In this document: positions 37,783 to 48,414 of the stretch, piece by piece
How the letters are laid out: each line of letters begins with the position of its first letter
How positions within the stretch are numbered: the stretch's first letter is position 1
The notes under the pieces: generated by a model
The model's input: the letters and a program-made list of their open reading frames with translations, nothing else
Database searches by the model: none
What the model was told of the DNA's origin: nothing
NCBI RefSeq assembly: GCF_048593235.1
Contig: NC_133617.1
Span: 665,674,958-665,738,957 of the forward strand
DNA from: Sminthopsis crassicaudata
Taxonomy: Eukaryota
Length of the DNA stretch: 64,000 nt
Direction of reading: 5' to 3'
Program-made: the position numbers and the translations under genes

Positions 37783-37810
37783 CAGAGACAGACAGACAGA
37801 CAGAGACACA
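37445..37810. repeat. Polypurine (GA/GACA)n compound microsatellite
   Basis: Direct inspection. Confidence 0.92.
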
Positions 37811-37989
37811 TAGATGGTATCTGGACTAGTCCACAGAAGGAGGTACTTTTCAGAACTCATAGAATCATAGATTTAGTACTGAAAAGGAATTTCAGTTCAT
37901 CTAGGCTAATCATCCCATTTTATGGATGAGGATGAGGCTACCCACATGGTAATTGACAGGACTTCTAGGTCCCCTAGAATCTATCCTGT

Positions 37990-38236
37990 GGGCAACCAGG
38001 TGGCACCATAGTGCACAAAGTACTAGATACAAAGTCAGGAAGACTTATCTTGAGTTCAAATTCAGTCTCAGACACTAGCTGCATGACCCTGAGCAAGTCA
38101 CTTAATCCTATTTGCCTCAGTTTCTCTGTCTGTAAAATGAACTGGAGAAGGAAATGGCAAACCACTCCAATATCTTTACCAAGAAACCCCAAGTGTGATC
38201 ACAGAGTCAGACATGATTGAAATGACTTGAACAGCA
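37990..38236 (+). mobile_element. Full-length CORE-SINE with RTE/BovB-like tail (Mar1-like)
   Basis: Head 'gggcaaccaggtggcaccatagtg', CORE 'gaccctgagcaagtcacttaa...cctcagtttc' and tail 'ctggagaaggaaatggcaaaccactcca'. Similar copies lie at ~18806-19010(-), 33620-33850(-), 34785-35000(-), 52862-53118(+), 54270-54505(-) and 62655-62905(-). Confidence 0.8.
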
Positions 38237-38399
38237 ATCCCAGTATCAAACCTGGTGTTCCTTCCTACTGTGCTATGGTGTCTTTCAGTAAATGAGGAGA
38301 ACTCAAGGGGAAAGAGTTCAAATTTCCTGAAAGCAATTGAACCTTCTCTCTTTTAATTTTGGACCTAATTTGTCCATTTATATTATTTGTCATATATGT

Positions 38400-39513
38400 A
38401 TATATTTTTAAAATTTTGATGTATTCTGTTTCTTACATTACTAGTTTCCCATGTATCCCTTCCCCTCTCCCGCAAAGCCATCCCATATAACAAATAGTAT
38501 TTTTTTAAGAAGAAGGAAAAAGTCAGCACAATTATTCAGTGCATTGAGAAAGTTTAACAATATATTCATTATTCAATACCCATGGACCTCCCACTTTCAT
38601 AATGGTGTAGAATGGGGGAATCCTCTCATATTTTTTCATTTGGATTCCACTTGATCTTTATAATTTTGTTATATTTATTTTTTATTTCTTGATATGTAGT
38701 TCTTTCCATTTATATTTCTGTAGTAACTTTTTTTCTTGGTTCTGCTTACTTTTCATCAAACACATAGTTCTTTCCATGTTTCTCTGTATTCTTCACACAT
38801 CATTTCAATAGTATGCCATTATATGCATGAACCACAATTTGTTTAGCTATTTCCCATTTAATTCCAATTCTTAGATATTACAAAAGTGCTATTATAAATA
38901 TTTGTGAAATTTTTTTCTTTTTTAAAAAAGCTTTTTAATTTTCAAATTATAGGCATAGTTTTTAATATTTACTCTTGCAAAACCTTGTGTTTCAAATTTT
39001 TTCTGCTTCTTGTGCCCCTACTTCCTCCCTTAGACAGCAAGTAATCCAATATATATTAAACATGTGCAATTCTTCTATACATATTTCCACAATTATGCTG
39101 CATAAGAAAAATCAAATCAAAAAAAGGAAAAAAATTAGAAAAAAAAAAAGCAAGCAAATAAAAACAACAACAAAAAACCCCAAAGTCCTCTCTCTGGGTG
39201 CAGATGGCTCTTTTCATCACAAATCCATTGGAAATGACCTGAATCAGCTCACTGTTGAAAAGAGTCATTACTATCAGAACAGATCATCATATAATTTTGT
39301 TGTTGCTGTATTTTCTTGGTTCTACTGGTTTTACTTAGCATCAATTCATGTAAGTCTCTCCAGGCCTCTCTGAAATAATCCCACTGATCATTTCTTGTAG
39401 AACAAACATATCCCATAACATTCATACACCACAACTTATTCAGCCATTCTCCAACTGATGGGCATCCACTCAATTTCCAGTTCCTTGCCACTACAAAAAG
39501 GGCTGCTACAAAC
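38400..39513 (-). mobile_element. Two adjacent reverse-oriented L1 3' fragments
   Basis: 38400-38900 and 38915-39513 each show reverse-complement L1 3' UTR/ORF2-end sequence (for example 'cagccattctccaactgatgggcatccactcaatttccagttccttgccactacaaaaagggctgctacaaac'). Confidence 0.75.
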
Positions 39514-39516
39514 AGG

Positions 39517-39650
39517 ATTTTTTTTTCCCTGAGGCAACTGGGGTTAAGTAACTTACTCAGGGTCACAATTAAGTGTCTGAAATAAGATTTGAACTCAGGT
39601 CCTGCTGACTTCAGGGCTGGCCCTCTATCCACTGCACCACCTCGCTGCTC
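39517..39650 (-). mobile_element. Short tRNA-derived marsupial SINE (WSINE1-like)
   Basis: Same family as 4953-5084 and 7117-7280. Confidence 0.8.
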
Positions 39651-40697
39651 TGAGAAATTTTTTCTTATTGATGATTGCTCTGGTACAAAAAGTATGGATA
39701 TCTTTCATTATTCCAAATTGCTTTCCAAAATGATCGCACCGTGTCACAACTACTTTTCCTTTAATTATTAGTTAACTTTGAGATTAAACCTCTTGCACTG
39801 GAATAAATCACCTAGAGGCCTTTTCCTGAAGATGGGGAATAAAGTAAGGAGGAAGGACTTTTTATTTCTCTGTATTTCATTATGTTGAAGTCTTGCCACA
39901 GCTTTTATTTTTGTTGGGACTTAAGTCTTTCATTTTTTACTATGAATTTTGTTCTTTTGGGGATTTCTTTGGAATTGAGGCTTTCCACATTGTAACGTGG
40001 GTTTTTTTTTCCTTAGCCTGGGACTTTTTCACTTTTACCTTTCAGAGTATTTCCCTCCCTCCAGCTCTCCCACCCCTGTGTTAAAGTTTTGTTGGTTTTT
40101 TTCTTGTAGTGAGGCCTTTTTTTTCTTGGAAGCTTTTCTCTTTCACTTCTGTCCTTCAGGAGATTTGGATCATATTTACAGCTTGGTGATATCTTTGATA
40201 AAAACAGGCAAGTATGAAAGAGGGGTGGGTTTGAGGGAAAGATGATGAATTTTGTTTTGGATTTGTTGAATAAGAAAACTCTCTGGGACATTGAGCTTGA
40301 AATACCCAAAAGGCAGTTGGTGATACAGAACTGAAAGTCAGGGGAAATACTGGGATTGAACTTACAGATATGTGATTTTTTTTTTGGCATAAATGTAACA
40401 AGAGCTAATGAGACCTCTTTGAGAGTATAAAAGAAATAAGAAGATCCCAGAGCAAGCTTTTGGTTAACATTCATATTTGGGGTATGGAGCATATATAAGG
40501 AGCTACTATAAATGACTGAGAAGGCTCCATTACATAGCTGGGAAAAGAACCAATCATTTAGTCAATAAACATTTATTAAATGTCTACTATATGTTAGTCA
40601 CTGTGCTAAATACTAAGGGGTCAAAAAAAGGAAGCAAAAGTCAGTTCATTGCCTAAAGAAACTCACTTTAATGGGGGGGGAGAGATAATAAGCAAAC

Positions 40698-40747
<50 letters not shown>
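40698..40747. repeat. (AGAT)n tetranucleotide microsatellite, ~12 units
   Basis: Direct inspection. Confidence 0.97.
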
Positions 40748-43147
40748 TCAGATAGATGATATTTGATTAGATAGGAAGAAAGGAAGGTAAGAAGGAAGAA
40801 CTTTATATATATAAAAGTATGCAATGAATAAATGCATGCATGCATAAAAGTCTTAACCTTGCCAACTTCCCTCTATTGATAATTCAATTCAGCTCAACAA
40901 ATATGTCCAAAGCACCTACTATGTGTGAAGCACTGTGCAGACTGCCTTCTGGACTTTCTAATTTGCTACAAATCTTCTCTTCTTCAAACCCTATAATATA
41001 ATAGACAATTTATGGAAGCTGTGGCCTTTCCGGGGTCTGCATCCCAGAGGTTTTCTCTGACCCTAAAAATCTCTTCTAGAGATTCCATAGCCTCTCCTGG
41101 GCAGGAGTTTTCTCCTTCCCCACTCCCCTTTATATTGTAGACATTCTTCTAAACCTAGTCTAAATATTTCCTGCAGTCATTCAAACCCAGTTCTCTCTTG
41201 CCTTGTCCTCAACCCTTTCCTCCCAGGATCCTAAATGCCTTTATAGATATTATCATCCCTAGAATAACAGTCATTAATAACATTGACTATATTTTACCTT
41301 GGCTCCGGAGAGCTCAAAGCACAGGTATTATTATCCCTGGGGACAGAGTCCCTGAGACGATGACTGATTTGCCCAAGGTCATTCAGTGTGTCAGGGCTGG
41401 GCGGGGCTAGAGTCTCAGTCCATGGGTCAGTTTAGCTCATGTTTCCCAGATCTACATTGTCTCATCAAAGATGAATACCTTATAACTAACATATGTAACA
41501 CAGGACTATACAGTATCCAAACTATGAAGAAAATATAGGATGAGTGGAGAAGGGGCAGGAGTAGAATATAACACATGGAATTTATACATCACAATGGGAA
41601 GGGACTCTTAAAGTCAAATCCCACAAAGGGAAATGGCTTGTCACAGACCACATGGCAAGTTACAGGCACATTAATAAGCTCATTAAGAAAGTGTTTACAG
41701 AGCACCTATTATAAATATTAACTCTCTAGATTTATGTAGTCCACTTTGCAGAAGTGCTCCTTAAAATATCATGTGGAGAAAGGAATAGAAGTATTATCTC
41801 CATTTCACAAAGGAGGAAATTGAGACTCGGAGACAGAAATGGTTTGGCCAGATTCATACTGCTAGTAAATGTTTGAGCTGGGAAAAGAAGAGTCTTTATG
41901 ATTAAAGGGGACTCAACTCCCTTTTCCATTGCATAAGGTCTCAACTGGCTCTATAGGGACTGAAAAAAGCAGGGAAGCCTCTGCCCTGAAGGAGGCTAGA
42001 GTTTGATTGTCAAAGTCAAGATGCACACACAGGCTACTAGCAGTTAATGTGGGGTTCTTGCCCTCTCTTCTCATCGTTGTTTTTGTTGTTGTTTTTCATT
42101 CTTGAAAAGGACCAGGGCATCAGGGAGAGGGATGCCATGGCAGGCAAGTGAATCTGATGAAGTAAGGGAGGACTGTACAAGGGCACCTAGCTCACTGTCC
42201 CCTCCAGAGACATCCAATCAAGCAATCAAACACAGTAATTTATTAAGTGCCTAATATGGGCCAACCATCATGGTGGGTTTGTTGGGACAAAAAACCAAAA
42301 GTCTCTGCCCTCAATGAGCAGATGATCAGGACCGCCATGGCAGTGCCATGCTGTGGTTCAAAGAGATAAGTCCTATAGGAAGATTGAGTAGGGAGAGGTT
42401 ACTGTGGGCTGGGATGTTGAGTGAGGGTTTCTTGAAAGAAGTGCTATTTGAACTAAGAAATTAGGAGAGAAAACATGCAATATATATGTGGAGATCAAGG
42501 GTAGGGATGGAATCTGGAGTGGGGTGGCTAATCTAGTTAGTAAAGATAATTAGATAAGAATTAGGTTCAGGGAGGAAGGGAAGTGAAAATTCTCCCAGTC
42601 ACCACTGATTTTGTTACTTGTCACTCAAAAACTGCTTACTCCTTTACCACATCCCATCTCCAATTTCTGTTTCTTTGTATTGATCCCTATATCTAAAACA
42701 TTGACCTCCCTCTCCATCCTATCTGCCAACCTTCATTTCTTGAAACTTCTGCCTTCTTTCAAGGCCTGGACCAGCTTCCACTTCTTTCAAGATGTTCTCT
42801 GGCTGAGTCACTCCATCTAGCAGTGATCCTTCCCTGCTCAATCACTCAAAACTTTTGGTTGGTCCTTTAATGTACTTACACAGTCTCTGACTTGCTATTT
42901 AAGTGGACATGGCTTATGAACATGATTTTTCCTCTCTTTTAGAGCATAAGGTCCCAGTAAGGCAGGCAGGGTCATTTTTCATTGTCTTTTATTGTATTTC
43001 TAGTACAGTTCTTTGCATCTGGTTGGGGTCTTGATAAATGTTTGTCAAATTCAATTGAATCTATGAGATCAGACTAATTGAAATTTTGGGGAACCACTGT
43101 GAGGGTGGAAAAGGGAGAAGAATCAAATGGGAGAATTGGTACACAGC

Positions 43148-43483
43148 TATGATGACCGTGTTAGCACCCTGGACACCTCAGAATCAGCTGGAATCAGGAT
43201 AAGCAAAAGTCTTTATTCTTGGTCTTTAGTGGTAGAAGTGAAGGGAATGGCCGCATAGGATCTCCGCCACCTCACCTCCTTATCTCCCGCTCAGAGTAAG
43301 TCTAGCTAGTCTCACTCCACCTCCTAGTCCCTCTCACAATTCTCTGTATACACCAAATAATTGGGCCAGCACAGGATAGTGGGAAGGGCCATTTCTTATA
43401 GAGTATTGTCCAATCAGTAATTAGCCTCAAGTGTTCCATTGTCTGACCTCAGTACATTGACTCAAGAGTTTCAGCCCTTTACA
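43148..43483 (-). repeat. ERV 3' LTR (336 bp)
   Basis: On - it starts tgtaaagggctgaaactcttgag and ends ...ggtcatcata (terminal CA mutated to TA); AATAAA on - (plus-strand tttatt near 43213); homologous to the solo LTR at 49997-50363. Confidence 0.9.
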
Positions 43484-43612
43484 TCATCCACTTTCTTTTG
43501 TTTTAGAATGGTGGCCACTCCATCCCTGACTTCTCAGGGAGGTGAAAACCCTAAAAAGGAGGTGATCATGCCCTCCCTGACTTTTCAGGAAAGGAGGTGA
43601 AAAGCACCAAAG

Positions 43613-44471
43613 GGCAGGGACACTGATACATTGTTAGTGGAATTGTGAATACATCCAGCCATTCTGGAGAGTAATTTGGAACTATGCTCAAAAAGTTATC
43701 AAACTGTGCATATCCTTTGACCCAGCAGTGTTACTACTGGGCTTGTATCTCAAAGAGATCTTAAAGAAGGGAAAGAGACCTGTATGTGCAAGAATGCTTG
43801 TGGCAGACCTCTTTGTGGTGGCCAGAAACTGGAAACTACATGGATGCCCATCAATTGGAGATTGGCTGAATAAATTGGGGTATATGAATATTATGGAATA
43901 TTATTGTTCTGTAAGAAATGACCAACAGGAGGATTTCAGAAAGTCCTGGAGAGACTGACACGAACTGATGCTGAGTGAAATGAGCAGGACCAGGAGATCA
44001 TTATATACTTCAACAATACTATATGATGATCAATTCTGATGGACATGGCCCTCTTCAACAATGAGATGAACCAAATCAGTTCCAATAGAACAGTAATGAA
44101 CTGAACCAGCTATACCCAATGAAAGAATTCTAGGAGATGACTATGAACCACTACATAGAATTCCCAATCCCTCTATTTTTGTCCACCTGCATTTTGGATT
44201 TCCTTCACAGGCTAATTGTACACTTTTTCAAATCCCGATTCTTTTTGTACAGCAAAACAATTGTTTGGACATGTATACATATATTGTATTTAATTTATAC
44301 TTTAACATATTTTACATGTATTGGTCAACCTGCCATCTGTGTGGGGGGAAAGGAGGGGAAAAATTAGAACAAAAGGTTTGGCAATTGTCAATGTTGTAAA
44401 ATTACCCATGCATATATCTGGTAAATAAAAACTATTAAAATAATTTTTAAAAAAAGAAGAAGAAGAAGAAA
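43613..44471 (+). mobile_element. 5'-truncated L1 (ORF2 C-terminus, 3' UTR, A-rich tail) inserted in the provirus
   Basis: ORF 43728-43958 is L1 ORF2 C-terminal-like (LFVVARNWKL.GCPSIGDWLNKL); 14-bp TSD gaaaagcaccaaag at 43599-43612 and 44472-44485. Confidence 0.92.
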
Positions 44472-44734
44472 GAAAAGCACCAAAGTGAAGTAGGGATTGC
44501 TAGCGGGTTTCTGAGCTGAAGTGTCTTATTAGAAACAGGAAAGCACAAACCCATCAGCATGGGAGGTATTACACAAGCACATAGCAATAACACACAGGCT
44601 ATTAGTGATGATTCTCCTCACAGTCAGTGCAGGCTCAATGTTGTGTAACAAACATGAATTGCACGTGCAAGTAGTGATATAACAAACAATATGAATCAAC
44701 ATGGTCTTGTAAAATATTTCCAAAAGTCTTAGAA

Positions 44735-44830
44735 GGAGGGTATATAAACAACAGTCACACATACGCCTTCTTCAGCAGCCAAGAGATAGTGCAAAACCAA
44801 TCTATTGTTCATTGTTTCATGTGTCAGGGA
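44735..44830 (-). pseudogene. env: Env TM immunosuppressive-domain remnant (gamma-type)
   Basis: Manual translation GSLDSLTHETMNNRLVLHYLLAAEEGVC fits the gamma-type ISD pattern (DSL....xNRxxLDxLLAxEGGxC); a frameshifted C-D-C-C-L-Y remnant of CX6CC follows. Confidence 0.7.
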
Positions 44831-45180
44831 ATCCAATGATCCCCACAAGTTTTTGAAGTCTTGCAACAGTTTAATCATTTCTCAGAAAATTCAATGATTT
44901 CTGAGAGTTTAAAAATCCTACACAGTCTTATCATGTCTCAGAGAATCCAAAGATTCCTGAGGGTTTTGAAGTCCTACAATAGTCTTGTCATGTCTCAGAG
45001 AATCCAATGATTCCTGCAGATTTTGAAATCCTGCAACAGTTTAATCATTTCTCAGAGAATCTGATGATTTCTGAGAGTTTAGAAGTCCTACAACAGTCTT
45101 ATCATGTCTCAGAGAATCCAAAGATTCCTGAGGGTTTTGAAGTCCAACAACAATTTTATCCTATCTCAGGGATTCCAAGG
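44824..45180 (-). repeat. Tandem array, 57-bp unit x6 plus partial, ABC-ABC higher-order structure
   Basis: Units start at 44824, 44882, 44938, 44995, 45052, 45109 and 45166 (58, 56, 57, 57, 57, 57 bp); units 1 and 4, 2 and 5, and 3 and 6 share diagnostic bases. Confidence 0.93.
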
Positions 45181-45345
45181 ACTTAGAGAAGGTGGTAAAT
45201 GTTCTTGGTCAAGTTGCTCCTGTACTATATCTAATAAGGCCTGAATTTTATCGCTAGCTAAGGGCCACTGTTTTATCCACACAGTTTTCCATTAGATAGG
45301 AATAGGTGAAAGTATTGGCAGGCCTTCAACAGCAGCCCTGCCTAA
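45172..45345 (-). pseudogene. pol: Reverse transcriptase N-terminal fragment
   Basis: Manual translation ...[45 protein letters not shown] matches the betaretroviral RT start (WxxQWPL..EKL..L..LV.EQL..GH....SPWNSP); truncated at the tandem array. Confidence 0.88.
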
Positions 45346-46210
45346 AAAACTGAAGTACTCCTTTTTAATCCTAATTGTTGTAAAATGTCTATTCCCCACA
45401 GATTGATAGGGATTGTTTCAACTATAAAATGAGTAAAAACTCCTGTTTCACCTTCAAATATCCATCTCAAAGGAGTAGCACTAGCTTCAGCTGCTATTGA
45501 TCTTCCTACAGCAGACATGTAGGTGTCTGCCTTAATCTTTGGCCAGTGACTGGGCCAGTTGGCACCTCTAATGACTGTATGATCTGCACCAGTGTCTACC
45601 AATCCTTCTAATGGTATGCCATTTATATAGATAGCGAGCATAGGTCAGTCAGCTGTCACAGCTGCTGTCCAGTATAATCCTGGATTTTGTTGCTTGGAGT
45701 CAGAATCTGAGCAACTATCGCCAGATTGCTTGTTAGGAGTCTATATCAATAAACCTGATACTACTACTCCTCCTGGTTGATAGGTCACACATTGTCTACC
45801 TGTATTAGTGACTGGGATATTATCTACACATTCCCCAGTTTCCCACATCAGTGTATGGATGGACACAGTTTTGTTAGTACACTCAGGAGTTGAAATGGTC
45901 AAGTCTACTGTGCCTGGAGGCAAGAGATCCACAGGCTACAGAGGAACAGATTTCACCTCTCCAGGGGTATCTCAGTTGTCCCAGTTGCATACAACTCTAT
46001 TCTCCCTAATTGTAGTCCCTTTCTCCCATCAGGTTGCTTCCTGGCTGATTGATTGTGTAATTTCTTTCTCCCATCAGATGGCTTCCTGGCTGATTGGTCA
46101 TGTCTGGGTTCTGAACTTCTAGGCACTCTCTGGGTGTAGCATCGTCTGCCATCATGCCCCAAGTATTTTTTGTCTTGGGCCCTGGGGCTGGGCCCCTCAA
46201 TCCATTTCCC
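45342..46210 (-). pseudogene. pro: pro: degenerate dUTPase-like domain plus aspartic protease
   Basis: Protease GLVDTGAD...NLWGIDIL (45342-45641); in-frame upstream region with three stops (TAG, TAG, TGA) and one frameshift near 45965; begins at slippery site GGGAAAT (46204-46210 on -). Confidence 0.88.
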
Positions 46211-47088
46211 TGAATCAGTCTACATCCTGATGCCCAATGGAAGCCTCTGTTGCATTTTGGACATGGGGTATTGGATCTTGTTTTCCCACCCTGTTTTCTT
46301 ACTCTGTCTCTATGGCAACATTGAGCTTTCAGATGCCCTACTTTACCACATTGAAAGCATTGACAAGTCTCTCTGGAAGTCCCTTGCCAAAAGGGACCCT
46401 GTATTCCCATGTTGGGATCTTGGAAAGTCTGCATCATAGCCTGGCTATAAAAGGTAATTGTGCCCATTGTGGCACAGCATCTTATGATCTCCTCTAAAGG
46501 AGCATTCTTACATAATCCTAGCATAATCCTTCTGCAAACCTCATTAGCATTTTCTTTAGCAAGTTGCCTTATCATAATGTTTGTTATTGCATTTTCACCA
46601 TTAGTTCGTATGACACCTGTCTGCACACATGCCATAAAATCAGCAAATGGTTCATTTGGCCCTTGTGCTATTTTTGTTTTGGCCTCACCCTTGTCATTTT
46701 TACCTGGGAGAAAAGCCCATGCTTTGATAGCAGCAGCAGCAATTTGCTCATATGTTGCTAATTGGTAATTAATCTGTACTGAAATGTCTGCATAAAAACC
46801 CACACTTGTTAGTCGGTCACAGGTGATTGGAGGATTAACTCCACTATGACTATTTTATTGGACTTGTATCCTACAGAGCTCACTATATTCAGAAAGCCAC
46901 AACAAATTTTGTCCAGGTTCTAAGCATCTCCTTGGTATAGATTTCCAGTCCCTAGGGGTTAAGACTTCATAAGCCAAATTCTGTAATAACATCTTAATAT
47001 AAGCTGATGTAGCCCCATAAAGAGAGCAAGCCTTTTTCAGATCTTTGAGGATGTCTATATCAAAAGGAGTGTATCTTCTACTTTCTGG
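46006..47088 (-). pseudogene. gag: gag (capsid and nucleocapsid; MA region deleted)
   Basis: PFDIDILKDLKKACSLYGATSAYIKMLL...LTPRDWKSI (CA N-terminus), one in-frame TAA at 46855-46857, MHR IAQGPNEPFADF, and two CCHC knuckles (CFQCGKVGHLKAQC, CPKCNRGFHWASGC). Confidence 0.93.
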
Positions 47089-48414
47089 CTCCTCCTCCTA
47101 GTCCCTCCCATACTTCTCTATATACACCAAACGATTGGGCCAGCACAGAATAGTGAGAAGGGCCATTTTCCAAGCATATTCTAATAGAGTATTGTCCAAT
47201 CAGTAATTAGCCTCAAGTGCTCAATTGTCCCACCTCAGTGCATAGACTCAAGAGTTTCAGCCCTTTACACACAGCTTCTCTAGATTGGACCTGAGCCTAG
47301 GTCATGGTGGAAGCTCCTGTTTACTCAACTGTCAACTCCAGAAGAAAAGAGAGATGTTACTGTAAGACAAGAGGAAACTAAAATTCATTGGGCAAGTTTT
47401 TCACATAGACAGTTAATCCCTCTTCCTGAGGAGCTAGGGAATTCATCCCTGGCTATTCTGCTCGCATCCTGGCTGAGTTGGCCCTCTCAGGGTCCTTGGG
47501 AGATACTAGCATAGATTTAGGATTGGAAAGGCCCTCATAGATGATCTCATCTGGCCTCTCATTTTATAGATCAGAAAACTGAGGCTCACCAAAGGTCACC
47601 CAGGATCTAAGTGGAAGAGTTGGATTCAAACTCAAGTCTCTTGACTCCAGATCCCTCTTTCTTTCTACTATATCAAGAGGGCAAGGCTGCCAGAGTGCTG
47701 GTCCTCCCTTTCCAGGAGATCCACCTTCCACCTTGCTGGCTCTGACTTTGGTAGAGGAGTGATTAGGGTGCCCATCCAAGAGCCAAGTAGCTATATGTAG
47801 GAAATCATCCATTAAAGAGTCACCTGGCCCCATGCCCACAGCCCTGCTTCAGGTAAGGAGCACCTGGCCCCACCCTTCTCTCCTCTCCCTCCGCCCACAG
47901 CCCTAGGAAGAGTGAATCTGGGCTGCTTTTGCCAAATAGAGGGGAAAGTTGGCTTCCCTGGGCAGCCCTGGTCTCCCTCTCCTCTGTGTCCTCTATTTCC
48001 TCCTCCCCAGCCTTTCAGCCTTGCCCTAAACTCATACCACTGCCATCTCCTGACCATCAACTCTGAGGAAAAAATGGATCACTCCTATCTCCTTCTATAG
48101 AGCTCTTTCTCCATCCAGCCATTATCCTATTTCAGAATTAGGAATCTCCGTATGACTCTTTTTTTTATAATCCTCCATACCCTCTCAAGTCCTAATCCCT
48201 TCTGTTTCCCTATCCCATCTTTTGAAAGGGCAGCACATTAGCCAAAAATAAACAAACAAACAAATGGGTAAGTAAATAAATAAATAAATAAATGAATTAA
48301 TAAATAAAAAGGAGTACTGTACTAGCAGTCTGCAAATAAGTTATGGATGTTATCTCTGATATGTATGTGAATTAAATTAATTCAACATTTATCTGGTTCT
48401 TCCCACATAAAAGT

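Larger units (their letters stand above)
43148..47269 (-). mobile_element. Deleted betaretrovirus-like endogenous provirus with gamma-type env remnant
   Basis: 6-bp TSD CACAGC at 43142-43147 and 47270-47275; 3' LTR 43148-43483 preceded (on -) by polypurine tract aaaagaaagtggatga; U3-only remnant of the 5' LTR at ~47090-47269; gag, pro, RT start and env-TM remnants in the expected order. Confidence 0.93.

Noticed and set aside
44824-45180. Tandem array as a CRISPR-like or satellite locus
   Set aside because: There are no unique spacers, the context is eukaryotic, and the array lies inside a provirus with a unit that continues into env.
45640-46860. APOBEC3-type hypermutation as the cause of the ERV stops
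   Set aside because: The stops are TAG, TGA and TAA at positions best explained by sense-strand C-to-T changes (CAG, CGA, CAA), not TGG-to-TAG/TGA G-to-A changes; Trp codons are intact.
47716-47852. Exon-like segment (ttccag|...cag|gtaagg); similar one at 58540-58683/58733
   Set aside because: Good splice signals, but stops in all three frames and no linkage evidence; a non-coding exon cannot be supported without RNA data.
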